Origin: Archangium sp.
GTDB lineage: Bacteria > Myxococcota > Myxococcia > Myxococcales > Myxococcaceae
Length of the DNA: 58,769 nt
Direction: 5' to 3'
Assembly: GCA_031367385.1 (NCBI GenBank)
Contig: JANLPS010000188.1
Coordinates: 1-58,769 of the forward strand
Shown: positions 1 to 9,208 of the stretch, piece by piece
Numbering within the stretch: position 1 is the stretch's first letter
How the letters are laid out: every line of letters begins with the position of its first letter
Position numbers and translations under genes: made by a program
The notes under the pieces: generated by a model
Database searches by the model: none
The model's input: only the letters and a program-made list of their open reading frames with translations
Told to the model about the DNA's origin: nothing

Positions 1-384
1 GCGGTCGCCACCAGCGAGGGCCTGCTCGCCTCGATGTTCGGGCCGAGGCCCTACGCCGAAGCGCTGATCGTCGAGCTCGACGGCCGCCCGGTCGGGTTCG
101 CGCTCTTTTTTCATTCGTTCTCGACGTTTCTGGGGGCCCCCGGCCTGTACCTCGAAGATCTCTTCGTTCGCCCCGAGGCCCGCGGGCGTGGCGTCGGGCG
201 GGCGGTGATGTCGGTGCTCGCCAGGCTCACCCTCGAGCGCGGCTGCCGTCGCTTCGAATGGTCAGTGCTCGACTGGAACTCCGGCGCGCTCGACTTCTAC
301 CGCGCGCTCGGCGCAGTGCCCATGAGCGAGTGGACGGTGCAGCGCCTCACCGGGCCCGACCTCGAGCGCCTCGCCACGAGGTGA
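1..384 (+). CDS. GNAT N-acetyltransferase (SSAT/diamine acetyltransferase-like), 5'-truncated by the window edge
   Basis: Frame is open from base 1. Motifs FSTFLG, LYLEDLFVRPEARGRGVG (acetyl-CoA binding) and WSVLDWN..ALDFY. Confidence 0.9.
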   Translation, partial: AVATSEGLLASMFGPRPYAEALIVELDGRPVGFALFFHSFSTFLGAPGLYLEDLFVRPEARGRGVGRAVMSVLARLTLERGCRRFEWSVLDWNSGALDFYRALGAVPMSEWTVQRLTGPDLERLATR

Positions 385-390
385 AGCCGT

Positions 391-1668
391 TCACTTCGCG
401 TCAGCCTCGCCCCAGCTCTTGAGCTTTCGGTACAGCGTCACCCGGTCGATGCCCAACGCCTTGGCCGCACGGGTGTGATTGCCGCCCATCACCTCGATCA
501 CCGCGAGCACATGACGCCGCTCGACGCTCTGCAGCGGCTCGGCGGTGAACGCCACCACCGGCGCGGCCTCGACGACCGCCGGGGCCACCGCCTGCACGTC
601 ATCGGTACCCAGCACCGCATTGCGGGTCATCACCACCGCGCGCTCAATCACGTTCTGCAGCTCGCGCACGTTGCCCGGCCACGGCATCGCCTGGAGCACC
701 TGCGCCAGCTCGGGGCTCAGCCCACTGACCACTTTGTCAGCGCGTTTGGCCGCGAGCCCGATGAAGTGCTGCGCCAGCAACGTGATGTCGCTGCCTCGGG
801 CTCGAAGCGGCGGCGCGTCGATGTGCACCACGTTGAGCCGAAAGTAGAGGTCTTCACGAAACCGCTTCGCCTGCACCTCGCGCCACAGGTCGCGCCGAGT
901 GGCCACGACGATGCGCGCGTTGAAGGGCTGCTCGAAGTCGGCCCCCACCGGTCGTACCGCGCGCTCTTGCAGCACCCGCAGCAACCGGGCCTGAAACTCG
1001 AAAGGAATCTCGCCCACCTCATCGAGAAACAGCGTGCCCCCATCGGCGTCGCGAAAGGCGCCTTTGCGGTCGGCGCGAGCGTCGGTGAAGGCGCCTCGAA
1101 CGTGACCGAACAGCTCTGACTCGAAGAGCGTCGGGGTCAGCGCTCCGCAGTTGATTGGCACGAAGCGGCCGCTGGCGCGGGGGCTGTGCTGGTGCAGTGC
1201 GCGGGCGATCAGCTCTTTGCCGGTGCCGCTCTCGCCGGTGATCAACACGGTCGAGTCGGTGCCGGCCACCTGGCTCACCACGCCGAACAACCGCTGCATC
1301 GGAGGGCTGCCGCCCAACAGCTGATCAAAGCTCGCCCCGACGCGTGCAGGGGGGCTGGGGGCGCGTGACGCGATGACATCGAACACGCCCGCCGCGATTG
1401 CCGAGCTCAGCGCCTCGGTCGTTCGGTGCGACACGAAGAGCACCAGCGGCGCTTGGCTTCGCGCCATCAGCGAATTGGCGAGCAGCAGGCCCGGCGACCG
1501 GTCGATGCCTAGGTTGATCACCACTGCGTCGAAGGGCGTCTCGGCAGCGGCCAGCGCGGCATCGCGCTCGAAGTGCTCAACCACCTCGTAGCCCCGCCCA
1601 AGCAGATGCTGGGCCAGCAACGTCGAGACGTCGCGCTCGCCACTGAAGACCAACATGCGATGCTGCAT
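391..1668 (-). CDS. Sigma-54-dependent transcriptional activator (NtrC/Fis family) with a degenerate receiver domain
   Basis: Walker A GESGTGKE, ESELFGHVRGAFTDA, Walker B LFLDEVGE, FREDLYFRL, WPGNVRELQN and C-terminal HTH AAKALGIDRVTLYRKL. GGGGAG RBS upstream. Confidence 0.92.
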   Translation of the reverse strand: MQHRMLVFSGERDVSTLLAQHLLGRGYEVVEHFERDAALAAAETPFDAVVINLGIDRSPGLLLANSLMARSQAPLVLFVSHRTTEALSSAIAAGVFDVIASRAPSPPARVGASFDQLLGGSPPMQRLFGVVSQVAGTDSTVLITGESGTGKELIARALHQHSPRASGRFVPINCGALTPTLFESELFGHVRGAFTDARADRKGAFRDADGGTLFLDEVGEIPFEFQARLLRVLQERAVRPVGADFEQPFNARIVVATRRDLWREVQAKRFREDLYFRLNVVHIDAPPLRARGSDITLLAQHFIGLAAKRADKVVSGLSPELAQVLQAMPWPGNVRELQNVIERAVVMTRNAVLGTDDVQAVAPAVVEAAPVVAFTAEPLQSVERRHVLAVIEVMGGNHTRAAKALGIDRVTLYRKLKSWGEADAK

Positions 1669-1852
1669 TCACGACTCCCCACGTCGACGACCACATGAGA
1701 CGTACGGCCATGGGTAACCACCCATCGAGCTGATGTACACCGCGGTATCGGGCTGTCGACGAAATTCGAAGCCGCACCCCGGGGGCAGAATTCGCCGCGA
1801 GCGCCTCGAGCAAACACCCACCCGCTTGACTCCGCCGAGCTCTGACGGCGTC

Positions 1853-3256
1853 ATGCGCGCCGTGAAGTCGTCTCGTGTGCTCATCGCAGTGGCGCTCCTC
1901 GCGATGGGCCTCGGTCTGGCCGTGAGCCTCTGGCCCGATGGGGCCCAACCGACCCCGCCCCCCGTGCCCACGCTCGAGGAGGTCTCGGCGCCAGCGCAGA
2001 TCATCGATGCCGCAGTGCAGCGAGCACCCATCGATGCCGCGCCCTCCACGGCCCCCACCTTGGGCGCGTTTCAGGAGGGGTTCTGCGCCCCTGAAGGTGA
2101 CGAGACCATCAAGACCACCCGGGTCCTGAGCCGCCTGCTCGCGGGAGAGCTCAACCGCCGTCAGCTCACCGCCGACCCCTCCATCGACGCTGAGGAGACG
2201 CAGGTGCTCACGCAGGCCTTCGAGCCCTCCAACCCGCAGGGGCAGCGAGCGCACCTCGTGGTGGCCCAGCGCCTGGGCGAACGCCTCCCCAACTCCGTGT
2301 GGCCTCAGCTGCTGATCGCGATGCTGGGCAAGTCGCTGCACGAGCCGCAGCTCGAGCTCACCGCGCTTCGGAGAGCGCGCACGCTCCTGCCACGCGACCC
2401 CGCAGTCGGCCTGGCGCTGGCCCTGGCCACCCGCACCGCCCCCGACCTCGATGAGCCCATCGCGGGGCTCGACGATTACCTGGCGGCTGAAAACACCCCG
2501 GGGTTCGCGCGAATACGCGCGCGGCTCGAAGTGCAGCGAGACATTCAACGCGGGTTCTCCCGGCGCAGCCGCGGCACCATCACCTTGCTTTGGCCCCCCG
2601 AATCACTGACCGCACCACAAGCCGACGACCTGCTCCTGATGGTCGATACCTCCCTCGACGACGCCACGCGGTTGATCGGCGCCTCCACCCGCCCGCCCTT
2701 GACGGTGGTCGTCTACCCGGGTCGAAGCGAGCTCCTGGCGGTCTCGTGCGTGCCGACCTGGGCGGGCGGCCTCTATGACGGAGTGCTCCGGCTCATCGCC
2801 TCACCCGACCCGCTCGGAGTCAGGCCCCGAACGGTGCGCCACGAGACCTTGCACGCGAGGCTGACGCCGTACGCGCCCAATGCGCCGAAGTGGTTTCACG
2901 AAGGCGTGGCGCAATCGTTCGCGCACGAGGCCAATGAGGTTCGGGGCCAGTGGGCCTTGATGGTGCGTACCCACGTGTGGGTACCCTTCGAGTCGCTCGA
3001 TGGAACCTTTGGCGTGCTGTCGGCGGCCGATGCCCACCTCGCGTACGCGCAGAGCCTGGCGCTGGTCGACTTCATCACAGACACGTGCGGCGGTTCGGCC
3101 TTGAGCGAGGCCATCAACGCCTTCAACGCAGGCGCCACGACCTCAGCCGCGTTGGCCAAGGCCTGTCACCGCGATGAGGTCACCGGCCCGCAGCTGCTCG
3201 AGTACCTCGAGCGCCGCCTCAGCTCGCCGGAGCCAACCAGCCCAGCGACACCATGA
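1853..3256 (+). CDS. Exported/membrane-anchored protein with a peptidase MA-like (gluzincin) domain
   Basis: N-terminal hydrophobic segment, HETLH (HExxH) and PKWFHEGVAQ. Start placed at ATG 1853, just before the hydrophobic segment. Confidence 0.72.
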   Translation: MRAVKSSRVLIAVALLAMGLGLAVSLWPDGAQPTPPPVPTLEEVSAPAQIIDAAVQRAPIDAAPSTAPTLGAFQEGFCAPEGDETIKTTRVLSRLLAGELNRRQLTADPSIDAEETQVLTQAFEPSNPQGQRAHLVVAQRLGERLPNSVWPQLLIAMLGKSLHEPQLELTALRRARTLLPRDPAVGLALALATRTAPDLDEPIAGLDDYLAAENTPGFARIRARLEVQRDIQRGFSRRSRGTITLLWPPESLTAPQADDLLLMVDTSLDDATRLIGASTRPPLTVVVYPGRSELLAVSCVPTWAGGLYDGVLRLIASPDPLGVRPRTVRHETLHARLTPYAPNAPKWFHEGVAQSFAHEANEVRGQWALMVRTHVWVPFESLDGTFGVLSAADAHLAYAQSLALVDFITDTCGGSALSEAINAFNAGATTSAALAKACHRDEVTGPQLLEYLERRLSSPEPTSPATP

Positions 3257-3809
3257 AGTCTCCGCGAAAAACGAACGGGTGACCGAGCACCAGATCAACC
3301 CCGGTGCGGGCCATCGCAGAGAGGGTGAAGTCGCGCACCCGCACGGTGACGCCGACCAGCGCTCGCTGCGGCAACCGGGGTGCGGCCTCGAAGATGAACA
3401 GGTCGACTCCGCTCTGCAGGCCCAGGTCGACGCTCACCGTCTTGCCGCCGAGGCTCAGCGTGAGCCCTGCGTTCGGGCCCAGCCCCAGGTTGAACCCGAC
3501 CGGCACCACGAAGAGTGAGGTGCCCAGATTCGCCGAGGCGGTGGCGAAGCGCGAGCGGGTGAATTGCCAGACCCGGGCGGCCCGAAGCTCGACCACCCGG
3601 TCGGTGAACGCGTAGGCGAGCTCAGCGGCCCACGCAGCGGTCGCCTCGGCGTTCGGTTTCACTGCGCCGACCCCGACGGTTCTCGCGCCGCCCCACACCT
3701 CGAGGCGCGTCTCGGGCACCAGCCGGCCCCGCGCGGTCACCCATTGCCCCTCGGCCGCCGCAGCGCACGAGACCACCACCGACACCAGCACTGCCCAGCG
3801 CGCGCTCAT
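3219..3809 (-). CDS. Hypothetical exported protein, probably a small outer-membrane beta-barrel
   Basis: Signal-peptide-like N-terminus and alternating hydrophobic strands ending FMVSLGW. Start overlaps the upstream gene's stop (ATGA). Confidence 0.6.
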   Translation of the reverse strand: MSARWAVLVSVVVSCAAAAEGQWVTARGRLVPETRLEVWGGARTVGVGAVKPNAEATAAWAAELAYAFTDRVVELRAARVWQFTRSRFATASANLGTSLFVVPVGFNLGLGPNAGLTLSLGGKTVSVDLGLQSGVDLFIFEAAPRLPQRALVGVTVRVRDFTLSAMARTGVDLVLGHPFVFRGDFMVSLGWLAPAS

Positions 3810-4660
3810 CGGGTCGATACCTCGGCGCCAGCGACCGCCCGCAACGAGGCTTCACCGACCGACGCTCCGCTCCCCGAAAAGGCCGCATCGAGAAACCCGA
3901 TCATCGTCGCCTCGATGCGGGCATGCGATTCGGCCAGCGGCGCCTGCGGAGGGCACTTCACCGCGTCATCGGCATCGGTGTCGGTGAAGCCGAAGTGCGT
4001 CATGCCCGGCAACACCACCAGCGCCGTGGGAGCAGGCATCTTCGCCCACCCCGCCTCGACCTGGGCTCGCTTCGCCTGGCAATCACTGCTCCCGGCCAAG
4101 AACAGCGACGGCATGCCGAGCGCGGGCAGCTTCGAATCATCGGCGGTGTCAGAGAAGCTCGCCTGGGCGATCAACGCACCGAAGCCTTTGAGCAGGGCCA
4201 GCTTGATCGCCACCACGCCGCCGAGGCTGTGCCCCGCCACCGCGACGCGCTTCGAATCGACCAGGCCGGTCAACAGCGAGCCCTCCGGAGGGTGGACCAG
4301 CAGCTCTTTTGCGACGGCCCCGTTCTCGATGCTGAAGAACGCCAGGTCGATGGTGTGATCAGGCAGCGCCACCACGAAGCCATGCTGCGCGAGAAACTCG
4401 GCCTGCCAGACGTAGCGTGCGGTGGGCACGAACCCGCCCTGCACGTACACCACGGCCGGAAAGGGCCCGGCCTTGGGCCGCCCATCTTCTTCTGCGGGGA
4501 AGACCACGCGAACCTGCAGAATGTCGGTCTGGTTGGCGCGGGCCTCGAAAATGGCTTCAGCCACGCCCGGTGCGATGATCTGGCCTGTTCGGGGGGTCGC
4601 CAGCCCACACCCCGTCACCGTCAGCGCTAAAACAGCGAAATAGTTGATGTTTTGAGCCAT
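3806..4660 (-). CDS. Lipoprotein alpha/beta hydrolase (chlorophyllase/cutinase/dienelactone hydrolase-like)
   Basis: Lipobox-like LTVTGC, nucleophile elbow GHSLGG, candidate Asp (GSSD) and His (GMTHFGF), and HGFVVALPDH. Start uncertain; ATG 4660 chosen. Confidence 0.8.
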   Translation of the reverse strand: MAQNINYFAVLALTVTGCGLATPRTGQIIAPGVAEAIFEARANQTDILQVRVVFPAEEDGRPKAGPFPAVVYVQGGFVPTARYVWQAEFLAQHGFVVALPDHTIDLAFFSIENGAVAKELLVHPPEGSLLTGLVDSKRVAVAGHSLGGVVAIKLALLKGFGALIAQASFSDTADDSKLPALGMPSLFLAGSSDCQAKRAQVEAGWAKMPAPTALVVLPGMTHFGFTDTDADDAVKCPPQAPLAESHARIEATMIGFLDAAFSGSGASVGEASLRAVAGAEVSTR

Positions 4661-4757
4661 GTTTTTGAACCCGAGACTTAATGCGTTTATCGACACCGTG
4701 CGATTGAATGCCCGCCACCCTGCTCCGTCACATGGCTTCACCAGAGGAGTTTCCCCC

Positions 4758-6041
4758 ATGAGTTTGAAACTTGGATTGCCAGCGATTGGCGTGTTGCTTC
4801 TGAGCAGTGCCTGCACGGTGCGCAGCTACGAGTACCGAACCCGGCCGACGGCGTACGCCTACTCGGAACCGGTCGCGACCTGCGGAGACCCCCGCTACCC
4901 GTGCGCGAATAGCTACTACTGGGACGAGTGGCGCAGCGTGTACGTCTTCTACGACGGCACCCGGTACTACGACGCGCTCGGCACGACGGGCAGCTACCCG
5001 CTCCCGCCGCAGAACATCGTGATCACCTACCCGCCGTACGGCTACGTGCCGCCGAGCGCCTACTACGCGCCGCGCGACCGCTATTACCCGCCGCCCAGCT
5101 ATGTCTCGCCGCCGCCTGATTACCATCGCTCGATGCCGGTGCCTGGGGGTGGCTCGTACACGTATGTTCCTCCGCCGCGTGGCAGCGGCATCAATATCGC
5201 GCCGCCTCCGGTGTCGACTGGCAGCGGGTACGGCAATGCACCGCCTCCTGTTTCAGGGGGCAACGGCTCGTACGGCGCGCCTCCTCCGCCGACCTCGTCA
5301 GGCCATTCGAGTGGAGGGTACGGTGCACCGCCTCCGCCGGTGTCGAGCGGCGGTAACTCGGGCGGTGGGTACGGTGCGCCCCCGCCGGTGTCGGGTGGTG
5401 GCAATTACGGCAACGGCGCGCCGCCTCCGTCATCGGGTGGCGGTTACGGCAACGGTGCACCTCCTCCGGTGTCGGGTGGCGGGTACGGCAACGGTGCGCC
5501 CCCTCCGTCGTCGAACGGCAACGGCGGCGTCATCGCCCCGTCGACCAGCAGCGGTGGAGGTTTCGGAGCGCCGCCTCCGGTCTCGGGCAACGGCACGACG
5601 ATGAACGCGCCGCCCCCGCGCAACAGCGGCACCTATGGAGCGCCGCCTCCCCTCTCGGGCAACGGCACGACGATGAACGCGCCGCCCCCGCGCAACAGCG
5701 GCACCTACGGAGCCCCGCCCCCGATGACCGGCACCGGCAGCACGATGAACGCGCCCCCGCCCCGCAACAGCGGCTTCTACGGCGCGCCGCCGCCGATGAC
5801 CGGCACGGGCAGCACGATGAACAACGCGCCGCCGCCGCAGCTCAACCAGCAGCGTGACTATGGCAACCTCGGCCCCAATCGCGAGCTGCCGACGAAGGTC
5901 GATCTGCCTCCGGTGCGCTCGAACTTCCCCTCCGCGCCGCCCCCGACGTCTGTGCCGCACAGCTCGCAGCCGATGCCGGTGCAGCCGCGGGGCAACACCT
6001 CGGCGCCTCCGCCGGTGGGTCGCCCGCCACCGCCGCATTGA
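4758..6041 (+). CDS. Pro/Gly/Tyr-rich repeat lipoprotein
   Basis: AGAGGAG RBS, lipobox LSSAC, Tyr-rich N-terminal domain, YGAPPP/YGNGAPPP/MNAPPP repeats, and a terminator downstream. Confidence 0.8.
   Translation: MSLKLGLPAIGVLLLSSACTVRSYEYRTRPTAYAYSEPVATCGDPRYPCANSYYWDEWRSVYVFYDGTRYYDALGTTGSYPLPPQNIVITYPPYGYVPPSAYYAPRDRYYPPPSYVSPPPDYHRSMPVPGGGSYTYVPPPRGSGINIAPPPVSTGSGYGNAPPPVSGGNGSYGAPPPPTSSGHSSGGYGAPPPPVSSGGNSGGGYGAPPPVSGGGNYGNGAPPPSSGGGYGNGAPPPVSGGGYGNGAPPPSSNGNGGVIAPSTSSGGGFGAPPPVSGNGTTMNAPPPRNSGTYGAPPPLSGNGTTMNAPPPRNSGTYGAPPPMTGTGSTMNAPPPRNSGFYGAPPPMTGTGSTMNNAPPPQLNQQRDYGNLGPNRELPTKVDLPPVRSNFPSAPPPTSVPHSSQPMPVQPRGNTSAPPPVGRPPPPH
5565..5822 (+). repeat. 72-bp in-frame tandem repeat (about 3.5 copies; unit GAPPPxxGxGxTMNAPPPRNSGxY)
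   Basis: Units start at 5565, 5637, 5709 and 5781. Confidence 0.9.
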
Positions 6042-6071
6042 ACGCCTGAAATCTGCTGTCATCCACCAATG

Positions 6072-6106
6072 AGGCCCACGCCCCAGTCTCGCGGCGTGGG
6101 CCTTTT
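6072..6106 (+). terminator. Rho-independent terminator
   Basis: 11-bp stem AGGCCCACGCC / GGCGTGGGCCT followed by T residues, 30 bp after the stop at 6041. Confidence 0.8.
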
Positions 6107-6520
6107 GCTGTTGTCGAAGCAGCTTCGCCCACACGCATCGGGAGCGTGAAGACTCGTCGCTGCGCGTTGTGCAACGGCTGATCGTCACGCTGCTCCTGCC
6201 GACCGCGCGCTGAAACACTCGGGCCCGCCGCTGAGACCACCCGCACCACGAAGGGTGTCGCCTCCCCGATGTCGACGATTGCACTGCAGCGCATCGGCGC
6301 CGAATCACTGCGCCGATTGAGCAACGAACGACGTTACAGAGTTCTCAAATAACGCGACCATATGCGCTGTTCCTATTCTACAAATCTCGACCAACCCACT
6401 GCCTAAATGAGGTTACAAAAAAGCAACCCATGCATTTCGAGGGCTCGCCGTCGCACCGTGGGGAGGCGCCCGCAGAGGAAATCAACGGGTGCTCCATCGC
6501 GGTGGTAGCGTGCCCGGCGC

Positions 6521-8530
6521 GTGCCGTCTTGGGACACTTCGCGATACCTGACGTTGTTCGTTGGCGAGGCCACCGAGCACCTCGACGCGCTGTCGAAAGA
6601 CCTCGTGCGCCTCGAGCAGGGCGCGTCGATCGAGATCATCGATTCGATGTTTCGCCACGCGCACTCGGTCAAGGGCATGGCGGCGTCGATGAACTTCGTG
6701 CCACCGGCGAAGCTCGCGCACCAGCTTGAAGATCTGCTGAGCCTCCTGCGCGCCGACATCACCCGGGTCGATCGCGGCGTCGGTGACCTCGTGCTCCAGG
6801 CGGTCGATGTGCTGGGCGCGCAGGTGAAGGCGGCCGCGACGGCTCAGCCTTTCCCCGATGGGTCGGCGTTGGTCGCCGTGCTGGCCGCGGCGAACGCCAC
6901 GTTTCAGCCGCCTCCTCCCAGCAATGCCGCACCGGCTCCGAGCGCACCATCGCCGAGCGCTCCGAACCCCGCGCCCTCCGCGCCTCCGCCGCTTGAAAGC
7001 AGCAGTACCGCCGATGACCCGCCCCTGCCACCGCGGTTTCAGATTGCGCTGCGGGTCTCGCCCGCCGCCGCACAGCCGGGCGTGCGCGGGTTTCTGGCGT
7101 ACAAGCGCCTATCGGTCATCGGCAACGTCTTCGACCTGAAGCCCCCGCTCGAAGACGTGAAGGCCGGGCGCCTCGAGCAGGGCGCGATTCGCCTCGAGCT
7201 CGAGACCACCGAGACTGAAGCGTCGGTCAGCCGCACCCTGAAGACGGTCGCAGATGTCGAGCTGGTGTCGATCACCGCGGTCAGTCGGGCGAGCACGCCG
7301 GCGGTGTCGCCTCCGGCCCCTGGCACCACCCCCGAGGCCGACAAGACCCGCGTCATCGGCAAAGAGCCCGCCCGCACGGTTCGGGTGAAGACCGAGCTGC
7401 TCGATCAATTTCTCGACGCCACCGGAGAGCTCCTCCTCGCCACCGCCCGCGTTCGTGAGGTCGGCAAGTCGCTGCCCGAGGTGCACCGCCCGGTGCTCGA
7501 CGAGTCGGTCGACCGGCTGCACGCGCTGGTTCGCGACCTTCACGGCAAGGTGATGCAGGCGCGCATGACGCCGCTCTCGCTGATCACTGACCGGCTGCCG
7601 CGTGCGGCTCGCGACATCGCCCGCCGCCGCGCCCGCGAGGTCGAGCTGACCATCACCGGAGCCGACATCGAGCTCGATCGCGCCATCGTCGACGAGCTGG
7701 CCGACCCGGTGCTGCACCTGCTGCGCAACGCGGTCGATCACGGCCTCGAGCCGCCCGAAGAGCGACGCATGCGCGGCAAGCCCACCCGCGGCACCGTCAC
7801 CTTCACCGTCAGGCGCTTGCGAGATCGCGTCTCGGTCGAGGTCGAAGACGACGGCCGGGGGATGGATGCAGAGCGCCTGAAGACCGCCGCGGTCGAGCGG
7901 GGCCTGCTGACACCTGATCAAGCCAAGGCGCTCTCTGAGAAGGAGGCGCTGCTGCTCTGCTGTCTGCCCGGGGTGTCGACGGCCAGCGACGTGAGCGACA
8001 TCTCGGGCCGCGGCGTGGGGATGGATGCGGTGAAGCGCGCGGTCGAGTCGGTCGGCGGGTCGCTGGAGATCGAATCGCAGCGCGGCGTCGGCACGAAGTT
8101 TCGGCTCACCTTGCCGCTGACGGTGGCGATGGTGAACCTGTTGCTGGTCGCGGTAGGCGACGATGTGTTCGGCCTGCCCATCGGCAAGGTGTCGGGCGTG
8201 GTCGAGATGGTGCGCGCCAAGCTCGAGCGCAGCCAGAACGCGCCGGTGCTGCACTTCGGGCCGCACGTGGTGCCGGTGCATGAATTGTCAGACGTGTTGG
8301 CGATACCCGGGTCGGCGATTGATCAGCTGCGGCTCTCGCCCTTCGTGATCATCGAGACCGACGACGGCCGGCTGGCCCTCGGCGTCGACCGGCTGCTCGG
8401 GCAGCAAGAAGTGGTGTTGAAAGCCCTGAGCAAGCCGCTCGACTTGATCGCCGGGTTGGCGGGAGTCACCATTCTCGGCAACGGCCGCCCCATCTTCGTG
8501 CTCGACCCGGCGAGGTTGGTGATCGCATGA
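6521..8530 (+). CDS. difE: CheA-type chemosensory histidine kinase, DifE-like
   Basis: HPT MFRHAHSVKG, H-box/N-box HLLRNAVDHG, G-boxes DDGRG and SGRGVGMDAV, and a C-terminal CheW domain. The N-terminus (SRYLTLFVGEATEHL) resembles Myxococcus DifE as I recall it. Followed by a CheC gene. Confidence 0.85.
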   Translation: MPSWDTSRYLTLFVGEATEHLDALSKDLVRLEQGASIEIIDSMFRHAHSVKGMAASMNFVPPAKLAHQLEDLLSLLRADITRVDRGVGDLVLQAVDVLGAQVKAAATAQPFPDGSALVAVLAAANATFQPPPPSNAAPAPSAPSPSAPNPAPSAPPPLESSSTADDPPLPPRFQIALRVSPAAAQPGVRGFLAYKRLSVIGNVFDLKPPLEDVKAGRLEQGAIRLELETTETEASVSRTLKTVADVELVSITAVSRASTPAVSPPAPGTTPEADKTRVIGKEPARTVRVKTELLDQFLDATGELLLATARVREVGKSLPEVHRPVLDESVDRLHALVRDLHGKVMQARMTPLSLITDRLPRAARDIARRRAREVELTITGADIELDRAIVDELADPVLHLLRNAVDHGLEPPEERRMRGKPTRGTVTFTVRRLRDRVSVEVEDDGRGMDAERLKTAAVERGLLTPDQAKALSEKEALLLCCLPGVSTASDVSDISGRGVGMDAVKRAVESVGGSLEIESQRGVGTKFRLTLPLTVAMVNLLLVAVGDDVFGLPIGKVSGVVEMVRAKLERSQNAPVLHFGPHVVPVHELSDVLAIPGSAIDQLRLSPFVIIETDDGRLALGVDRLLGQQEVVLKALSKPLDLIAGLAGVTILGNGRPIFVLDPARLVIA

Positions 8531-9120
8531 CGGCCACCGTGCACGGCGCGACCGCTCGCCAAGAAGACGCGCTCCGAGAGCTCGCGCACTTAGGCAGCGC
8601 CAAGGCCGCCTCGATGCTCGCCAAGTTGGTCGGAGACGTCGGCGTGTTGGTCGACGTGCCCACGGTCATCGAGACGCAACGCTGGCACCTCACCTGGCTC
8701 TTCGGAGGCCGTGACGTGAACCTGATCGCCGCCTCGTTCGGCATCGAGGGCGAGATTCGCGGTCAGCTGTGGTGGGTGCTCAAGCGAGATCAAGCGACCC
8801 GGCTGACGCAGCGGCTGTCGCGCCGGCCAGGGGCTGAATCGACGACCGTGAACGCCGCCTTGGCCGAGGCCGCCAACATCGTCGCCTCGGCCTGCGTCTC
8901 GGCGGTCAGCACCATGGTGCACGCCCAGCTGCTGCCAACGACCCCCGAAATGCACGAGACCACCGCCGCCACCCTGGTCGGGCCTGACGACCAAAGTGCC
9001 GCAATGACAGTGCTTTCTGCGCCGTTCGTCTCGACCAACGCCCCGAGCTTCTCTGGCTGGCTGGTGCTGCTGCTCGAGCGCTGGGCCCGTGAAGAGGTGC
9101 TTCGGCGGTTAGGTATGTAG
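8527..9120 (+). CDS. difG: CheC-family phosphatase, DifG-like
   Basis: DALRELAHLG..A and AALAEAANIVAS CheC motifs. ATGA overlap with the CheA gene. Confidence 0.75.
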   Translation: MTATVHGATARQEDALRELAHLGSAKAASMLAKLVGDVGVLVDVPTVIETQRWHLTWLFGGRDVNLIAASFGIEGEIRGQLWWVLKRDQATRLTQRLSRRPGAESTTVNAALAEAANIVASACVSAVSTMVHAQLLPTTPEMHETTAATLVGPDDQSAAMTVLSAPFVSTNAPSFSGWLVLLLERWAREEVLRRLGM

Positions 9121-9208
9121 CTATCGCACATTAGGGCTTGTCTTTTGTGGGTGATCCAGGGCTAAGAGGCCGCCTCGAACTTCGCGGTACCTCTGGAGAC
9201 GTTCACAC

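Noticed and set aside
1733..1852. Upstream extensions in the ORF track (also 4661-4816, 15793-16011, 21983-22024 and 52786-53127)
   Set aside because: They precede the signal peptide or first conserved motif, or overlap neighbouring genes; downstream starts fit better.
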